A stretch of 64,000 nt of DNA. Source: Vicinamibacterales bacterium (GTDB lineage Bacteria; Acidobacteriota; Vicinamibacteria; Vicinamibacterales; UBA2999). Below, piece by piece: positions 17,152-26,822 of the stretch; the first letter of the stretch is position 1; each line of letters opens with the position of its first letter. The notes below the pieces were generated by a model. That model ran no database searches. It worked only from the letters and a program-made list of their open reading frames with translations, and was not told the origin of the DNA. A program made the position numbers and the translations under genes. The stretch spans positions 3,134 to 67,133 of the forward strand of contig DATJJE010000050.1 of assembly GCA_035492455.1 (NCBI GenBank), in the 5' to 3' direction.

Positions 17152-18633
17152 ATGTCCTTCGGCGAGTTGAACTCCGCTTCGATCATCTCCACCGGTGTGT
17201 CTGGCCTTGATGAACTCCTCCGCGGCGGCCTCACGCCGAACCGTCTGTATCTCATCGAGGGTTCTCCGGGCACGGGCAAGACGACGCTCGCAATGCAATT
17301 CCTCCTCGAGGGTCGAGATCGCGGCGAGAAGACACTCTACGTGACATTGTCCGAAACGAAGAACGAGCTGACTGCGATTGCGCGGTCGCATGGTTGGAGT
17401 CTCGACAACGTTGAGTTGTTTCAGCTCAGTCCCGCCGAGGGCATGAAGCCGGAGGACCAATACACGCTCTACCATCCGGCCGAAGTCGAACTCGGCGAGA
17501 CGGTCAAGTCGGTCCTCGAAATTATCGATCGTGTCGATCCGACACGCGTCGTTTTCGATTCCTTGTCGGAGTTGAAGCTGCTCGCGCGTGATCCGCTGCG
17601 GTATCGGCGGCAGATTCTGGCGTTGAAGGAGTACTTCTCCGGGCGCGAGTGCACGGTTGTCATGCTCGATGACCTGTCGGCCGGCGGCAGCGATCTACAG
17701 CTGCAGAGCCTGGCCCACGGCGTCATCCTGCTCGAAATGCTGCCGTTCGAGTATGGCCGCGCGCGTCGTCGTCTGCGCATTGTGAAGTTCCGAGGTGTTT
17801 CGATCGTAGAGGGATTTCACGACTTCGTTATCCGGCAAGGTGGTCTCGATGTGTTCCCGCAATTGGTCGCGGCAAATGAATCGATGGCGCGCGCGGGCGT
17901 GGTCGCCAGCGGCATGGCGGAGCTCGACCAGCTTCTCGGAGGCGGCCTGACGTGGGGCACGACAACCCTGATGATTGGTCCCGCAGGCAGCGGCAAGTCG
18001 ACCCTGGCCGCGCACTACGCGGCGTCCGGCGTCACCCAGACCAACGGTGCAATCTTCCTTTTCGATGAGCGCGCCCGCACGTTCATTGCGCGCTGCGATG
18101 CACTGGGGATGAAGCTCAGCGAGCGGTTAGCTTCGGGGCACGTGAAGCTCACGCAAATCGAACCCGGCGACATGTCACCCGGTGAGTTCAGTCATCGCGT
18201 GCGCCTGGCAGTGGAGCGCGACAACGCACGGGTGATTCTCATCGATAGTCTCAACGGCTATCTGAATGCAATCCCGCAGGTGGAAGGGCCGCTCGTGCGC
18301 ATGCACGAATTGCTGTCGTTCCTGAACGAACGCGGCATCGTCACGCTGATGGTCGTGGCGCAGCACGGCATTGTCGGGTCGAATATGGCGACGCCGATCG
18401 ACGTCAGTTATCTCGCCGACACCGTGGTGCTGCTTCGGTTCTTCGAATCGGCCGGGGTGGTCCGCCGCGCGGTGTCGGTAATGAAGAAACGCAGCGGCCC
18501 TCACGAACAGACGATTCGCGAATTCCAGCTCGGTCCGGATCGGCTCCACGTTGGAGCCGCGCTGTCGGACTTCCAGGGAGTACTCACCGGCGTCCCGCAC
18601 TACATCGGTGCCGCCGCGCCGTTATTCAAATGA
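17152..18633 (+). CDS. kaiC: KaiC-like double RecA-fold ATPase
   Basis: 493-aa ORF with two KaiC/RadA-type halves. Walker A motifs are GSPGTGKT and GPAGSGKS. Other blocks: STGVSGLDELLRGGL, SGMAELDQLLGGGL and a C-terminal VMKKRSGPHEQTIREF. Confidence 0.85.
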   Translation: MSFGELNSASIISTGVSGLDELLRGGLTPNRLYLIEGSPGTGKTTLAMQFLLEGRDRGEKTLYVTLSETKNELTAIARSHGWSLDNVELFQLSPAEGMKPEDQYTLYHPAEVELGETVKSVLEIIDRVDPTRVVFDSLSELKLLARDPLRYRRQILALKEYFSGRECTVVMLDDLSAGGSDLQLQSLAHGVILLEMLPFEYGRARRRLRIVKFRGVSIVEGFHDFVIRQGGLDVFPQLVAANESMARAGVVASGMAELDQLLGGGLTWGTTTLMIGPAGSGKSTLAAHYAASGVTQTNGAIFLFDERARTFIARCDALGMKLSERLASGHVKLTQIEPGDMSPGEFSHRVRLAVERDNARVILIDSLNGYLNAIPQVEGPLVRMHELLSFLNERGIVTLMVVAQHGIVGSNMATPIDVSYLADTVVLLRFFESAGVVRRAVSVMKKRSGPHEQTIREFQLGPDRLHVGAALSDFQGVLTGVPHYIGAAAPLFK

Positions 18634-20297
18634 GTGCCGTGCCGGACGACGCGAGCAGAGTCCTGATTTATGCGCCTATCGGGCGCGACAGTGAGTTGAC
18701 GGCCGACCTTCTCACCCGCGCCTCTATTCCGTGCCACGTGTGCCGTTCGATGCAGGACGTGTGCGACGAGCTCGAGAAAGGGGCGGGCGCGGTTCTCCTC
18801 ACCGAAGAGGCGCTGAACGACGCGCGCCTCGATGACCTCACCGCGGCTCTCGAGACGCAGCCGCCGTGGTCTGATATTTCGCTTCTTCTCTTTGCGGGCA
18901 CGGATCGCAGTCAGGCGTCACTGCGGACGCTGCACAAACTCGAAGTGCTGCGCAACGTCACGCTGCTCGATCGTCCGGTGCGGACCGCGGCCGTGGTCAG
19001 CACTGTGCGGGCGGCGCTGCGCGGGCGTCACCGCCAGTACGAGCTTCGCGACACGCTGGTGGCGCTGCAGAAGGCGCGACTCGACGCCGAGAACGCCAAC
19101 CGCTTGAAGGACGAATTCCTCGCGACCGTGTCGCATGAGCTGCGCACGCCGCTGAACGCCATCCTCGGATGGGTGTCGTTGCTGCGGCAGGCGCGCTTCG
19201 AGCCCGCGCGCGTCGCCGGCATTCTCGAGATCATCGAGCGCAACGCCCGGGCACAGGCGCAGTTGATTGCAGACGTGCTGGACATCTCGCGCATGGTCAG
19301 CGGGCGGGTCAAGCTGGAAGTCTCGCCCGTATCGCTCGCGCGCGTCATCTGCGACGCTGTCGATTCCATTCGCCCCGGCGCCGCGGCTCGTGGCGTTGCG
19401 TTGCATCTCGACGTCGAGGAAGGCCCAATCGCCAACGCGGATCCCGATCGGCTGCAGCAGGTCGTCTGGAATCTGCTGTCGAACGCGTGCAAGTTCACGC
19501 CCGAAGGCGGCCGCATCGATGTGAAACTGCGAGCGGACGCGTCGCACGCTACGATCACGGTGTCCGACACCGGCGCCGGCATTTCCGCCGACTTCCTGCC
19601 CTACGTGTTCGATCGCTTCCGTCAGGCCGAGCAGGGCTTCACTCGTTCGCACGGCGGCCTGGGACTGGGTCTCGCCATCGTCAAGCACCTTGTAGAGATG
19701 CATGGCGGCGACGTGCGAGCGATGAGCGACGGCCCGCACAAAGGCGCAACGTTCGAAGTCCGGCTGCCGCTGGCGCGGACCGTCATGCGCAGTCCGTGGA
19801 CTCGCGGCGCCGACGAGCGTCCGGCAGAGATGCCGCACCCCGATCTCGCAGGCCGTTCGATCCTCGTCGTCGATGACGATGAAACGACGCGCGATTTGAT
19901 GGTGACGATGCTGTCGCAGTGCGACGCGCAGGTGAAGGCGGTGGACAGCGTGCGCGCGGCGATGGCCGAGTTCGAGGCGGAAATGCCGGAACTGATTGTC
20001 GCGGACCTCGGCATGCCGGAAGAAGACGGCTTGTCGATGATCCGGCGTATCCGTCAGCGGCCGCCGGCACGTGGAGGGCTGGTGCGGGCGATTGCCGTTT
20101 CGGCGTACGCGCGGCCGGAGGATCGCGCGGCGGCGCTGACCGCCGGGTACGACGACTTCCTGACGAAGCCGGCGATCCCCGGCGATGTGTTACGCGCGGT
20201 GGATCGCTGTCTGGCTCGTCCGCCTCGGGCTACGCGGGAACGCCGACGCGGGCAGCGCGCGGCGCCGCAACCGACGCCCGCAGACCAAAGGCCATGA
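18630..20297 (+). CDS. Hybrid sensor histidine kinase/response regulator with N-terminal receiver-like domain
   Basis: 555-aa ORF with an ATGA overlap with the kaiC-like stop. H-box SHELRTPLNAILGW, DTGAGI, GGLGLGLAIV. C-terminal receiver ILVVDDDETTRDLM ... LIVADLGMPEEDG ... LTKP. The extreme C-terminus may be over-extended, since it overlaps the convergent MFS gene by 68 nt. Confidence 0.85.
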   Translation: MSAVPDDASRVLIYAPIGRDSELTADLLTRASIPCHVCRSMQDVCDELEKGAGAVLLTEEALNDARLDDLTAALETQPPWSDISLLLFAGTDRSQASLRTLHKLEVLRNVTLLDRPVRTAAVVSTVRAALRGRHRQYELRDTLVALQKARLDAENANRLKDEFLATVSHELRTPLNAILGWVSLLRQARFEPARVAGILEIIERNARAQAQLIADVLDISRMVSGRVKLEVSPVSLARVICDAVDSIRPGAAARGVALHLDVEEGPIANADPDRLQQVVWNLLSNACKFTPEGGRIDVKLRADASHATITVSDTGAGISADFLPYVFDRFRQAEQGFTRSHGGLGLGLAIVKHLVEMHGGDVRAMSDGPHKGATFEVRLPLARTVMRSPWTRGADERPAEMPHPDLAGRSILVVDDDETTRDLMVTMLSQCDAQVKAVDSVRAAMAEFEAEMPELIVADLGMPEEDGLSMIRRIRQRPPARGGLVRAIAVSAYARPEDRAAALTAGYDDFLTKPAIPGDVLRAVDRCLARPPRATRERRRGQRAAPQPTPADQRP

Positions 20298-21462
20298 TGG
20301 CCGCGCCCAGCGCCAGCGCGGCGCTGCCATAGAAGCACGCATCCCAGCTGCCGAAGCTCTCGTAGAGCAGCGCGGCGGTGCCGCCGCCGATGATCGACGC
20401 AACGCCCTTGGCCGAATACATCACGCCGTAGTTCGACGTCGCATGCTTCGCGCCGTAGTAGTCGCCCACGAGCGACGGGAAGAGCGAAAAGACTTCGCCC
20501 CAGGTGAGGTACACGCACACCAACGTGACCGTGAACAGGATGCCGGACTGCCGGCCGAGCGTCAGCACCAGCATCAGGCAGACGGCCTGGAGCAGGAACG
20601 CGACGGCCATCGCCGTCTCGCGGCCGATTTTGTCCGACGCCCAACCCCAGAAAATGCGGCTTGTGCCATTGGCCAGCGCGTTGAGCGAAGTGGCGAGCGT
20701 GAGGAAGCCGACGCTGATGCCCCATGACGCGGCCATCGGTCCGGAGTTCGCGGTGACCAGCAGTCCGCCGGTCGCCATCATCAGGAACATGGCATAGAGC
20801 AGATAGAACTGTGGCGTCCGCAGCATTTCGCCGGTGGTGAACTGGCGCGAGCCGATGGTCGCTGACGGCGCGGCAGTGCGCATGGACGCTGGCTGAGCCG
20901 ACGGAGCCGGATGTCGGAGGAACTGCGCGACGATGAGAATGATGCCGCCCTGCAGGAGCCCGGTCCAGAGAAACGCCTGGCGGTAGCCGTAGTGTGCGAG
21001 GACCCACGCGATCATTGGCGTGAAGAGCGCCGCGCCGCCGCCGTAGCCGCCCGCGATGACGCCCGCCGCGAGACCGCGGCGATCGGTGAACCACTTGAGT
21101 GCGGAACCGATGCAGCCGCCATAGACCAGCGCCGCGCCGATCCCCGCTGTGATGTATAGCGCCCAGAACGCCGGCAGCGATGGAGCCATGCCGAGACCGC
21201 CCCACCCGATGGCGCAAAGAATGGCCGCGACGCTGGTGAAGATGCGCGGTCCCAGGCGATCGATCAGCCAGCCCTGCACGGGCTGCACCCATGTCTGGAA
21301 GAGGATGAAGAGCGTGAACGCCCACTGAATGTCAGAGAGCTTCCAACCGGTGCCCGCCTGGACTGGCTTGACGAACAGCGTCCATGCGTACTGCAGATTG
21401 GCGATCATCACCATCGCAATGACGGCGGCCACGAGTTGAAACCAGCGGTTCTGAATCCTCAT
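20230..21462 (-). CDS. MFS transporter, oxalate/formate antiporter (OFA) family
   Basis: Start chosen at the internal ATG 21460-21462 (MRIQNRWFQLVAAVIAMVMIANLQYAWTLF), which has GGAGG 5 nt upstream. 12-TM MFS pattern with an OFA-like N-terminus. Confidence 0.8.
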   Translation of the reverse strand: MRIQNRWFQLVAAVIAMVMIANLQYAWTLFVKPVQAGTGWKLSDIQWAFTLFILFQTWVQPVQGWLIDRLGPRIFTSVAAILCAIGWGGLGMAPSLPAFWALYITAGIGAALVYGGCIGSALKWFTDRRGLAAGVIAGGYGGGAALFTPMIAWVLAHYGYRQAFLWTGLLQGGIILIVAQFLRHPAPSAQPASMRTAAPSATIGSRQFTTGEMLRTPQFYLLYAMFLMMATGGLLVTANSGPMAASWGISVGFLTLATSLNALANGTSRIFWGWASDKIGRETAMAVAFLLQAVCLMLVLTLGRQSGILFTVTLVCVYLTWGEVFSLFPSLVGDYYGAKHATSNYGVMYSAKGVASIIGGGTAALLYESFGSWDACFYGSAALALGAAIMAFGLRASVAAPRAARVGVPA

Positions 21463-21504
21463 CGCTCCTCCAGTCAGTCCCGCGCAAATATACAATTGGA
21501 TTTC

Positions 21505-24429
21505 TTGGCGGGCAAACCACTCACAGTCATCCAAAGCGGAACGTTACGGCGGCACCTCGAGGAGCAGATTTCCGGGGAAGTTCGCTTTGATGCGGTCTCG
21601 CGGGCGCTTTATTCCACCGACGCCAGCGTCTATCAGATGCACCCCCTCGGCGTCGTCATTCCAAAATCACGGGAAGACATTCTCCGGACAGTCAATCTGG
21701 CGCGGGCGCATGGCGTTTCTATCACCGCCCGCGGCGGCGGCACGTCGCAAGCCGGACAGGCGATCGGCCACGGCCTGCAGATGGACTGCTCGAAGTATTA
21801 CAACCGCATCCTCGAGCTGAACGTGCCGGAGCGCTGGGCGATTGTCGAGCCGGGTATTGTCCTGGACGAGCTGAACGCGCAGTTGAAGCCGCACGGTCTG
21901 CGCTTCGCGCCGGATATCTCGACGGCAAGCCGCGCCACCCTCGGCGGGATGATCAGCAACAACTCGTGCGGCGCGCGATCGGTGATGTACGGAAAAACCA
22001 TCGATCACGTGCTCGAGCTGGATGTCGTCCTCGCGGATGGATCGCAGGCGCATTTGCGGCCGCTGAATCGAGCGGAGCTCGACACCGCCTGTCAGGGCGA
22101 TACGCTTGAAGCGAAGTGCTACCGGGAGGTGCGGCGCGTCGCGCTCGAGTGCGCGGACGAAATCGAGAAGCGCTACCCGAAAGTGGTCCGCCGCGTCGGC
22201 GGCTACAACCTCGACGAGTTCGTCAACCCGGACAAACCGTTCAATCTGTCGAAGATCATCGTCGGCTCCGAGGGCACGCTGGCGATGATCACGGCCGCCA
22301 AGGTCAATCTCGTGCCGCTGCCGAAGGAAAAGGCGGTCCTTGCCATCGAGTTCGACGAGCTGCTCGACGCGCTCGCGGCAACGCCCGTCATCCTGAAACA
22401 CAAGCCGTCGGCTATCGAAGTCATGGACCGCTTCATCCTGAATCACGCGCGGGAAAACCCGGCGATGGACCGGATGCGGCGATCGATTCTGCAGACAGAG
22501 GACCCTGGAGCGCTGCTGAACGTCGAGCTGTATGCGGATCGCGCGGAAGATCTGCCGCCGCGCCTGGCAGCCATCGAGCGCGACCTGGCGCGATTCAAAT
22601 GCGTCTATCGCCGGCTGATGGCGCTGCCCGAGCAGGCGCGCGTCTGGAGTTTCCGCGAGATGTCGCTCGGCTTGTCGATGGCGATGAAAGGCGACGACAA
22701 GTCCCTGTCGTTCGTCGAGGACACGGCCGTCAAACCCGAGGTGCTGCGCGACTACATCGACGAGTTCCTGGCGATGATCAAGCGCAACGGCAGCTCCTCT
22801 GGTGTCTACGCTCACGCGTCGGTCGGCTGTCTGCACGTCCGGCCCGTCGTCAACATGAAGACCGCTGAAGGGATCGCGAAGTTCGAACGGATTGCCACCG
22901 ACAGCGCCGACCTCGTGCTGAAGTACGGCGGCGCACTCTCGGGCGAGCATGGCGATGGCCTGGTGCGCGGCTGGTTCATGGAGAAGATGTTCGGTCCGGC
23001 GCTGTATCAGGCGTTTCGCGCCGTGAAGCACACCTTCGATTCCGGCGGCCTCTTCAATCCCGGGAAGATCGTCGACTGCCCATCGTTCACCTCGAACCTT
23101 CGCTACGGAGCCGGCTACCAGACGCCCGACCCGCCGACTTACTTCGATTACTCGGAGTACGGCGGCTTCGGCCGCGCAGTGGAGATGTGCAGCGGCGTCG
23201 GCGCCTGCCGCAAGAAGCTGGAAGGAACGATGTGTCCATCGTTCATGGCGACGAGGGACGAGAAGGACGTCACGCGCGGTCGCGCGAATACGCTGCGGCT
23301 GGCGATGACAGGTCGCCTCGCCGAAGCAGGACTCGACGATGAGGGGGTGCTCGAGACACTTGACCTCTGTCTCGAGTGCCGCGCGTGCAAGGCCGAGTGT
23401 CCGGTTGGCGTCGATGTCGCGCGCTTCAAGAGCGAGTTTCTGGCCGAACACTGGCGAAAGCACGGCATCCCGTTAGGGAAGCGTGTGCTGGGCAACGTGC
23501 GGGAGCTGTCGAAGATCGGCAGCCAGTTCGCGCCGCTCGCGAACGCGATGGCGGGCAGCGGGTTCGGCCGCTGGATGAACGAGAAGCTGTTCGGCATCGA
23601 TCGCCGCCGCACGCCGCCGGCGTGGGTGAGCGAAACCTTCGAGGCGCGGTTCAGGCAGGTCCGCCTTAAGACGGATTCCACCGGTGCGGTCGCGTCCGGC
23701 TCTCGCCGGGTCATCCTCTTCAGCGACACCTTCACCAATTTCAATGAGCCCGAAAATGGCGTGGCGGCGGTGGCGGTGCTGCGTGCCGCTGGCGCAAACG
23801 TGGACGTGGTGCCTCACGACTGCTGCGGCCGGCCGCTGATTTCCACCGGCCAGCTCGATGCGGCGCGCAAGCTGGCAAAGAAGAACGCGGATGCGCTTTA
23901 CGCGGCCGCATCGCGCGGCGACAGGATCCTGTTCCTCGAGCCAAGCTGTCTCTCCGCTGTCCGCGAGGATGCGCCTGCGCTGCTCCGAGGAGAGGAGCAG
24001 CGGCAGGCGCAGATCGTTGCCGATGCGTGCGTGCTGTTCGAGGATTACCTCGAGCGCGAGCTGGCGGATGGACGACTGTCGCTCACCCTGAAGGCCGGGC
24101 CTTCGGCGGTCGTGCTGCACGGTCACTGCCACCAGAAGGCGATGGGCCTGGTGGCGCCGGCGCGGGCGCTGCTGTCGCGCATTCCCGGCTGCACGGTTGT
24201 CGATCTCGATTCCGGCTGCTGCGGCATGGCCGGGTCATTCGGCTACTCGAAGGACCACTACGAGGTATCGAAACAGATCGGCGAACGGCGCCTTCTACCT
24301 GCGGCGCGCGCGTTGAAGGCGGGCGAGCTGCTGGCTGCCGCGGGAACGTCATGCCGCCATCAGGTGGAGCATTTCGCCGGTGCGCACGCACAGCATCCGG
24401 CGGTCATCCTTCACTCGCTAATCGAATAG
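21505..24429 (+). CDS. FAD-linked oxidase fused to Fe-S/CCG domains (YdiJ-like 2-hydroxyacid dehydrogenase)
   Basis: The track ORF starts at 21436, which would overlap the divergent MFS start. I placed the start at in-frame TTG 21505, but it is uncertain. FAD-binding PCMH domain (TARGGGTSQAGQ), two 4Fe-4S motifs (CSGVGACRKK, CLECRACKAECP) and C-terminal CCG repeats (CCGRP, CCGMAG). Confidence 0.8.
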   Translation: MAGKPLTVIQSGTLRRHLEEQISGEVRFDAVSRALYSTDASVYQMHPLGVVIPKSREDILRTVNLARAHGVSITARGGGTSQAGQAIGHGLQMDCSKYYNRILELNVPERWAIVEPGIVLDELNAQLKPHGLRFAPDISTASRATLGGMISNNSCGARSVMYGKTIDHVLELDVVLADGSQAHLRPLNRAELDTACQGDTLEAKCYREVRRVALECADEIEKRYPKVVRRVGGYNLDEFVNPDKPFNLSKIIVGSEGTLAMITAAKVNLVPLPKEKAVLAIEFDELLDALAATPVILKHKPSAIEVMDRFILNHARENPAMDRMRRSILQTEDPGALLNVELYADRAEDLPPRLAAIERDLARFKCVYRRLMALPEQARVWSFREMSLGLSMAMKGDDKSLSFVEDTAVKPEVLRDYIDEFLAMIKRNGSSSGVYAHASVGCLHVRPVVNMKTAEGIAKFERIATDSADLVLKYGGALSGEHGDGLVRGWFMEKMFGPALYQAFRAVKHTFDSGGLFNPGKIVDCPSFTSNLRYGAGYQTPDPPTYFDYSEYGGFGRAVEMCSGVGACRKKLEGTMCPSFMATRDEKDVTRGRANTLRLAMTGRLAEAGLDDEGVLETLDLCLECRACKAECPVGVDVARFKSEFLAEHWRKHGIPLGKRVLGNVRELSKIGSQFAPLANAMAGSGFGRWMNEKLFGIDRRRTPPAWVSETFEARFRQVRLKTDSTGAVASGSRRVILFSDTFTNFNEPENGVAAVAVLRAAGANVDVVPHDCCGRPLISTGQLDAARKLAKKNADALYAAASRGDRILFLEPSCLSAVREDAPALLRGEEQRQAQIVADACVLFEDYLERELADGRLSLTLKAGPSAVVLHGHCHQKAMGLVAPARALLSRIPGCTVVDLDSGCCGMAGSFGYSKDHYEVSKQIGERRLLPAARALKAGELLAAAGTSCRHQVEHFAGAHAQHPAVILHSLIE

Positions 24430-24439
24430 AATCCCGCGC

Positions 24440-25753
24440 ATGGCAACAACAGCACAACGGCGCGGCATCCCTGCGACGACCAACGTTCTCGCGCTGCTGT
24501 GCGCGATGTACTTCATCAACTACATCGTCCGTGTGAACGTCAGCACGGCGGCCGCCGTCTTCCAGCCCGAGCTGCATCTGACCAACACGCAGGTCGGGTT
24601 GATCTTCTCCGCGTTCGCGTATCCGTACCTCGCCTTCCAGATCGCCGGCGGATGGGTCGCCGACAGGTTCGGCGCGCGGCGCGCGCTGACGGTGTTTGCA
24701 GTGCTCTGGTCGTCGGCGACGGTGCTGATGGGCCTTGCTGACAGCCTGTCAGGCATGATTCTCGGACGCGTGCTCGTCGGCATCGGCGTGTCCGCGCTGC
24801 CAGTGGCCACACGCGCGATGTCGAACTGGACGCGCGCCGAAAAGCGTGGCTTTGCGCAGGGCATCACGCACGCGTTCGCGAGGCTTGGCAACACGCTGAC
24901 GCCGCCCCTTATCGGCATCCTGCTCATTCCGTACGTCGGCTGGCGTGGCTCGTTCGTTGTCGTCGGCGCCGCGAGCTTCCTGTGGGCCATCGCCTGGTTC
25001 TGGTACTTCCGCGACGATCCAGCCGAACATCCGGCCATTACCGTGGAGGATCTCGCACTGCTGCCAAAGAAGCGCGTGAAGACCGCGGCGCGTGTGCCGT
25101 TCGGCCGCCTCGCCGCCCGGATGATGCCGGTCACGATCGTCTACTTCTGCTACGGATGGACGCTGTGGTTCTTCCTGGCGTGGATACCGTCGTACTTCCT
25201 CCACAGTTACAACCTGAAGTTGAGCAGCTCAGCGCTGTTTGCGTCGGGTGTATTCCTCGGCGGAACGCTTGGCGATTTTCTCGGCGGCATCGTCAGCGAT
25301 CGTATCTTCGAGAAGACGCAGAGCCGGACGAAGGCGCGGCGGAATCTGATTGTCGCGGGCTTCCTGATCTCCACGGTGTTCATGATTCCCGTGCTGATGG
25401 TGCACGACCTGACGATCATCGTGCTGTCGCTGAGCCTCGCATTCTTCTTCTCTGAGTTCACCGTCGGCGCGTTCTGGGCGATCCCGATGGACATCGCGCC
25501 GCGCTACTCCGGGTTCGCCAGCGGGTTCATGAACTCCGGCTCCGCCCTGGCGGCCATCGTGTCACCGCTCATCGGCGGCTACATCATCGACACGACGGGC
25601 AAGTGGGAGATGACGTTTGTCGCCGGCATCGCGCTGCTCGTGCTTGGCGCCATCCTCGCGTTCTGGATGAAACCGGACGAGGAGCTGGAGGACCCAGCGG
25701 ACGGCGAGCGCGCCACGCGCGTCGTACACGTCGCCGCCCCGGCGACACGCTGA
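24440..25753 (+). CDS. MFS transporter (anion:cation symporter-like)
   Basis: 437-aa ORF with a 12-TM pattern and an ACS-family-like N-terminus: NYIVRVNVSTAA ... GLIFSAFAYPYLAFQIAGGWVADRFGARR. Confidence 0.8.
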   Translation: MATTAQRRGIPATTNVLALLCAMYFINYIVRVNVSTAAAVFQPELHLTNTQVGLIFSAFAYPYLAFQIAGGWVADRFGARRALTVFAVLWSSATVLMGLADSLSGMILGRVLVGIGVSALPVATRAMSNWTRAEKRGFAQGITHAFARLGNTLTPPLIGILLIPYVGWRGSFVVVGAASFLWAIAWFWYFRDDPAEHPAITVEDLALLPKKRVKTAARVPFGRLAARMMPVTIVYFCYGWTLWFFLAWIPSYFLHSYNLKLSSSALFASGVFLGGTLGDFLGGIVSDRIFEKTQSRTKARRNLIVAGFLISTVFMIPVLMVHDLTIIVLSLSLAFFFSEFTVGAFWAIPMDIAPRYSGFASGFMNSGSALAAIVSPLIGGYIIDTTGKWEMTFVAGIALLVLGAILAFWMKPDEELEDPADGERATRVVHVAAPATR

Positions 25754-25787
25754 CTCGCGACGGCCAGCCGCATGCTACATTGCGGTC

Positions 25788-26777
25788 ATGGCCGTCAACA
25801 CCCGCACGCTGCCGATTCTCGACGAACAGAAGGCGCTCGCTGAGTTACGAAGTCTTCGCTCGCGCCAGCCGGTCGAGTACTGGGCGTTTTATTCCAGCCA
25901 GTTGAAGGGGATCGTCACCGACCCGGCACTGATGGTGCTGCCGTTCGACGATCACATCGTGCATCGCGGCCACGGCATCTTCGACACCGCCGCCATCGTC
26001 GCGGGAAAGATCTACGACCTCGACGCACATCTCGATCGCTTCCTGCTGTCGGCGGAACGATCGAAGCTGCGTCTGCCATACGCGCGCGAGGCGATGCGTG
26101 ACATCGTCATTCAAACCGCCGCCGCGAGCGGCCGGCGCGACGGTTCGATCCGCTACTGGTTGTCGTCGGGGCCAGGCAGCCTCGAGCTCACGCCCGCAAA
26201 GGGTGCGGAGCCGGGCTTCTTCGTCATGATCTTTGCCGGCCTGTCGTATCCAGAGCGCTGGTACACCGAAGGCCTGCGCGTAATGACGACGACGTATCCG
26301 ATCAAGGCGCCGCTCTACGCGATTACGAAGGCGACCAACTATCTGCCGAACGTCCTGATGCAGATGGAAGCGAAGGAGAAGGGGTTCGACAACGGCGTCT
26401 TCATCGACGAGGACGGCAACGTCGGCGAGAGCTCGAACATGAACGTCGCGTTCGTGAACCGGCACGGCACGCTCGTGCACCCGAGGTTCGATCACATTCT
26501 CTCTGGCTGCACGTCGCTTCGCCTCCTCGAGCTTGCGCGGACGCATAAGGACAAGGCGCGTGTGACTGGCGTCGAGGTGCGCGATGTTCCGGTCGCTGAA
26601 GCGCGGACCTGCCGGGAGATGCTGCTCCTCGGCAGCTCCATCAAGGTCGCCCCGGTGATTCAGTGGGACGATCAGCCGATCGGCGACGGCAAACCCGGGC
26701 CAGTCAGCAAGGGGCTGCTGCAGCTGCTGGAAGAAGACATGCGCAGCAGCGATCGCCTGATTCCAGTGCCGTACTAA
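25788..26777 (+). CDS. Class IV (branched-chain/D-amino-acid type) PLP aminotransferase
   Basis: 329-aa ORF with HRGHGIFDT, the candidate PLP-lysine block ITKATNYLPNV, and ESSNMNVAFV. Confidence 0.75.
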   Translation: MAVNTRTLPILDEQKALAELRSLRSRQPVEYWAFYSSQLKGIVTDPALMVLPFDDHIVHRGHGIFDTAAIVAGKIYDLDAHLDRFLLSAERSKLRLPYAREAMRDIVIQTAAASGRRDGSIRYWLSSGPGSLELTPAKGAEPGFFVMIFAGLSYPERWYTEGLRVMTTTYPIKAPLYAITKATNYLPNVLMQMEAKEKGFDNGVFIDEDGNVGESSNMNVAFVNRHGTLVHPRFDHILSGCTSLRLLELARTHKDKARVTGVEVRDVPVAEARTCREMLLLGSSIKVAPVIQWDDQPIGDGKPGPVSKGLLQLLEEDMRSSDRLIPVPY

Positions 26778-26822
26778 GGAGCCGATATAAAGGTCGGCCC
26801 GCCCGAGGCATCCCGACGCACC

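Noticed and set aside
20230-20297. Convergent CDS overlaps (HK/MFS 68 nt; also cutA/small ORF 34177..34244, HK/DUF6152 14153..14193, 52627..52658)
   Set aside because: These are most simply explained by stop-poor GC-rich sequence extending C-terminal tails, not by functional antisense overlap. They are noted only as annotation uncertainty.
20054-21325. 423-aa minus-strand ORF overlapping the MFS gene
   Set aside because: This is an alternative frame of the same strand. The 20230..21462 frame gives a coherent 12-TM OFA-type transporter, whereas this frame is Arg/Gly-rich.
21667-23463. 598-aa minus-strand ORF
   Set aside because: It is antisense to the YdiJ-like FAD/Fe-S dehydrogenase and has no motifs.
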